From contig NC_086097.1 of assembly GCF_963921235.1 (NCBI RefSeq), positions 165,790,001-165,854,000 on the forward strand: 64,000 nt of DNA. Reading direction: 5' to 3'. The notes under the pieces are model-generated. The model was not told where the DNA came from and searched no databases. It saw nothing but the letters and a program-made list of their open reading frames with translations. Position numbers and translations under genes: made by a program. Source of the stretch: Mobula hypostoma (Eukaryota). Of the stretch, positions 60,187 through 64,000 are shown one piece after another. The first letter of the stretch is position 1; each line of letters starts with the position of its first letter.

Positions 60187-61223
60187 AGGCTATGTCCACA
60201 CTACGCCGGATAATTTTGAAAACACCGGTTTTGAGTGAAAACGACAGGTGTCCACACTAAGCGTTTTTCAAAATATCTCCACATTAGACAGATATTTGGG
60301 CAAATCTCCTCCTACTGGGCATGCGCAGGACACACAGAAAACAAGCGAAGAGGAAACGGTATACTTAGTGCGCATTTGTCCAGTTACAGAGTAGAAAAAC
60401 TTAAAAGGAATTGCTCTTGGCTCTTGCTCAGGAGGACTTAAAAGTAAAAAAAACAAATACTGGAGCGTATGGAGGCAATCGACAGGGAGTTCATGATCCG
60501 GCTGACGACGAACATTGAAAAACTGACTAACTCTGTTGCATTAATAAAGCACCTTGTTAAATGTATAAAACATGTCTGCATCAGTGTTATCTTGTATTAC
60601 ATTAGGCTGTTACACATTAGGCTGTCAGAGAAGTACTTGCATAAATAGGTAAACCGCCTTGGTTCTTGGTTCTTGATCCTCCAAAATATTCCGCATGGAA
60701 TTTAAACTGGAGTTGGCGGAGGGTGTTTTCTGTCCTTACCGTCATACAAGCAAGGACAGAAAACAGGGCAAAGTGAGCATACTTATTTATTCAGTAAGCT
60801 ATGGGTCAAAGTATTTGGTGAGTACATTTCTAACTCTTCTGGCTTCAGTCTCGTTGCCGTCTGTTGTGAAATTGTTAGGTTCTGCGAAGCGCTGAATCAA
60901 ATATCGCTGTGATGATTGTACGCTCTAGTATCAATTGTTTGGCGACAATAAAGTAATAATAGTAAGAAGGAGAAGAAAACAATGAAATGCTGCGCTACAG
61001 CCATCTGTTCCGGCACATCATGACAGTGGTTTTAAAAAGCTCCGGTTACGATGTCCACACTGCAATGGATATTAGACGTTTTCAGATTTATTCACTCTGG
61101 AGACAGTTTCTGACAATTTCCGTTTTCGGGGGATGAAAACACCGTTTTAGTGTGGACAGAGGGTCAAAGCGAAGAGAAAATGCTTTGTTTTCAAAATTAT
61201 CTGGCGTAGTGTGGACGTAGCCT
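60187..61223. mobile_element. Non-autonomous TIR element (PIF/Harbinger-like termini)
   Basis: 38-bp TIRs AGGCTAYGTCCACACTACGCCRGATAATTTTGAAAACA (36/38 identical) at 60187-60224 and 61186-61223, with subterminal GTCCACACT motif copies. No clean TSD, so the superfamily is tentative. Confidence 0.75.
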
Positions 61224-61910
61224 AGCAGCGTCCACTCCCACAATGGCTACTGTGCTTAAACCTAACCTCTTTTTATTGGCTTTTGACAAGTGCCTAATAG
61301 AACATGGTGATTGAAGCTTGTCAAAAAGTCCCAAAAGGCCCTGAGCTTTTTAAACCTCCTATTGCTTCATCAACAAGCGAGTGCTCATGATGAGTGAAGC
61401 TTGCTGATTAACCCCCACCCCACATTTCCATGCTCTGAATCTGATTCTATGCCCATCAATTATCCATTTTAAATCTTTGGAGAAATGGAATCAGCACTGG
61501 GGCAGCGCCATAGTGTAGACAGTAAAACTGCTGTTACATTGCCATAGCGACCTGGATTCAATCCTGTCTCTATCTGCGTGAAGTTCAGAATAGTGGTTAA
61601 TTTTGCTGGGAAGGGTGTGGAGGACATTTTATTGAATGGTGCCGGCAAGGAAGCAGCTCTTTGAAGAGATGGATGAATCTTCCATAATCTTGTGTACTGT
61701 TAAAAATTTCTCTTAACCCTTGCTGTTTCATTATAGCAGAATTTCCAAGGGTTTAGAGGAAGAAAACAAAGATGGAAGTCAGGCTATTTAGAATGAATTA
61801 GACGCTAGTAATTTACGTTGAAGGGGTAAGATCACAATTTTTTTTTGTAATAACTAGAATGAGGGTTTTGAATTTCAAATGTAGAGAGAACTGTAATGTT
61901 ATGGACATCT

Positions 61911-62691
61911 AGAATAGGAAAACAGATTATTGTCTGAATGGTGGCCGATTAGGAAAAGGGGAGGTACAACAAGACCTGGGTGTCATTGTATGCCAGTCAT
62001 TTAAAGTGGGCATGCAGGTACAGCAGGCGGTGAAAAGGGCGAATGGTATGCTGGCATTCATAGCAATCGGATTTGAGTACAGGAGCAGGGAGGTTCTACT
62101 GCAGTTGTACAAGGCCTTGGTGAGACCACACCTGGAGTGTTGTATGCAGTTTTGGTCCCCTAAACTGAGGATAGACATTCTTGCCATAGTGGGAGTACAA
62201 AGAAGGTTCACCAGATTGATTCCTGGGATGGCAGGACTTTCATATGAAGAAAGACTGGATCGACTAGGCTTATACTCGCTGGAATTTAGAAGATTGGCGG
62301 CGGGGTATCTTATTGAAACATATAAAATTCTAAAGGGATTGGACAGGCTAGATGCAGGAAGATTGTTCCCGATGTTGAGGACGTCCTGAATGAGGGGTCA
62401 CAGTTTAAGGATAAAGGGGAAGTCTTTTAGGACTGAGATGAGGAAAAACTTCTTCACACAGAGAGTGGTGAATCTGTGGAATTCTCTGCCACAGGAAACA
62501 GTTGAGGCCAGTTCATTGGCTATATTTAAGAGGGAGTTAGATATGGCCCTTGGGGTTAAAGGGCTCAGGGGGTATGGACAGAAAGCAGGTACAGGGTTCT
62601 GAGTTGGATGATCAGCCATGATCATATACTGAATGGTGGTGCAGGCTCGAAGGGCCGAATAGCCTACTCCATCTATTTTCTATGTTTCTAT
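61911..62691 (+). mobile_element. CR1/HER1 LINE 3' fragment, close relative of 7311-11298
   Basis: GMQVQQAVKRANGMLAFIA...RPHLECCMQFWSP...RVVNLWNSLPQETVEASSLAIFKRELD. In-frame stop at 62387-62389 and TTTCTATG tail. Confidence 0.9.
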
Positions 62692-62760
62692 CTGTGCTCT
62701 AGGATAATGATGCAGGCCAGTCATTGAGCAAAATGAAAGTGCAGAGAGTGTGATTCTAGT

Positions 62761-62839
62761 TAAGGGATCTCCAACTGGGGTCCACAGACCCCTCAGTTGA
62801 TGGTAGGGGTCTATGGTGTGAAAAGCTTGGGAACGCCTG
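62761..62839. mobile_element. Very small hAT-type MITE, degraded
   Basis: Termini TAAGGGATCTCCAAC / CTTGGGAACGCCTG resemble CAGGGGTTCCCAAC-type TIRs, with an internal GACCCCT...AGGGGTC inverted motif. Confidence 0.45.
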
Positions 62840-64000
62840 TTATTGTTGAAGTTTAAGAACTAGTTGAGCATGTCGAAACAGTAGAGTGAGTCCAAGAGCG
62901 AGGAACAACCCGAGGTTTAGCCAATTTAAACACCAAGCTAGATTGAAAAGGTCAGGGTTTCAGGATCGGAGGAGAGGTACAGGCTGGTACTCAGCTTGAG
63001 GTTTACTCACCTCTGTACTGAACTGAGGCTGTGGCCTGTAAGTAACAGGCTCCTGTATCAGCTGCAGTGATGACCGGCTTTGTGGCTGTGGACTCACTTT
63101 TGTAAACTTCAGTTTTGAATGTTATTTGCTTTTATTGTTTACATGATTTTTTTTTCTGCACGTTGGGTGTTTGGCAGTCTTTTTAATGGATTCTATTGAA
63201 TTTTTTGTTCTGTGGCTGCCTGTGAAGAGACAAATCGCAAGGTTTTATATAGTCTACATACTTTTATAATTGTACTTTGAGATGCAGCTTGGAAAGATAG
63301 CAAGGATTTCAAACAGCAATTGAATATTGTAAGGATTGAAAAGAAGAATGGTGTCATTGGAGCTATTGTTTCTTATGAGCATTCAGTTATGCAGGATGCT
63401 ACTCAATAACCCACTTGCTTGCTAACTTGTGAGAGAAGAGCTGAGTCATTTTGGTAACTGGAGAGAGTCTAGACTTTTTTGCATGTGTGAGTTTTGTAAT
63501 TAATTCCAGAGCTTGGGTATGAAAACATGTCTGCTGATGGAAAACTATTTGCACAGATTCAGGAAAACTAACGTTTACATTACAAGTAGCAGGTGATGGA
63601 TATCTCCAGAAAGAGAGAATCAAGTCACTTCTGATATTCAATAGTATTATTACTATTGAATCTCTGCGGCGGTGGAGGGGGGGGGGGTGGTTCTGTATTA
63701 CTGGAAACTTCACAGAGAACCATGCATTACTGATTCTTAAAACAGAGGCTTCGTCATCTTTGTCAAATGACTTGCCTTCTAATGTCACAAAGTCCACCAA
63801 CAGCCTCAGGGCATAAGCTAGGAGCTTTAAAGTACACTTGGGGAAAGTTGATGCTGTAAATATGAAACAAAAATAGAAGATATTGGAGAAAACTCGACAG
63901 GTCAGGCAGTACCCACGGAAAGTGAAAAAAATTGATATTTTTGAGTCTGTGTCCTTTCAGTTACGTTTCCACTCAACACAAACCAGAACAAGGCAGCCAT

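Overview
Eukaryotic, repeat-dense vertebrate genomic DNA. The repeat families (HER1/CR1-type LINEs, V-SINE-like SINEs, Penelope-like elements with CTGANGAAGGGTCTCGRCCCGAAAC motifs) suggest a cartilaginous fish, probably a ray (inference). There are two host-gene pieces, both on the + strand and in the same order as human chr18p11. The first is the last coding exon of RAB31 (2557-2654, ending ...SSKRCC*) with a long AT-rich 3' UTR. The second is the CpG-island promoter and first coding exon of VAPA (40175-40232), whose intron 1 appears to run past the window end. Most of the remainder is transposon-derived. It includes a near-intact CR1 LINE (ORF1 esterase plus ORF2 EN/RT) and a young Neptune-type Penelope-like element with ~865-bp inverted arms, hammerhead-ribozyme motifs and a TSD, along with smaller PLE insertions of the same fold-back design. 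Also present are a 30 x 37-bp minisatellite on an inversion junction, a five-layer nested insertion (Rex1 > Rex1 > hAT MITE > RTE > SINE-like), a complete non-autonomous Helitron carrying 23-aa STPR-like repeats, a Charlie3/MER1-like hAT derivative, and Tigger, Tc1 and Harbinger-like relics. There is no CRISPR array and no prokaryotic system. Family names come from motif recognition without database searches.
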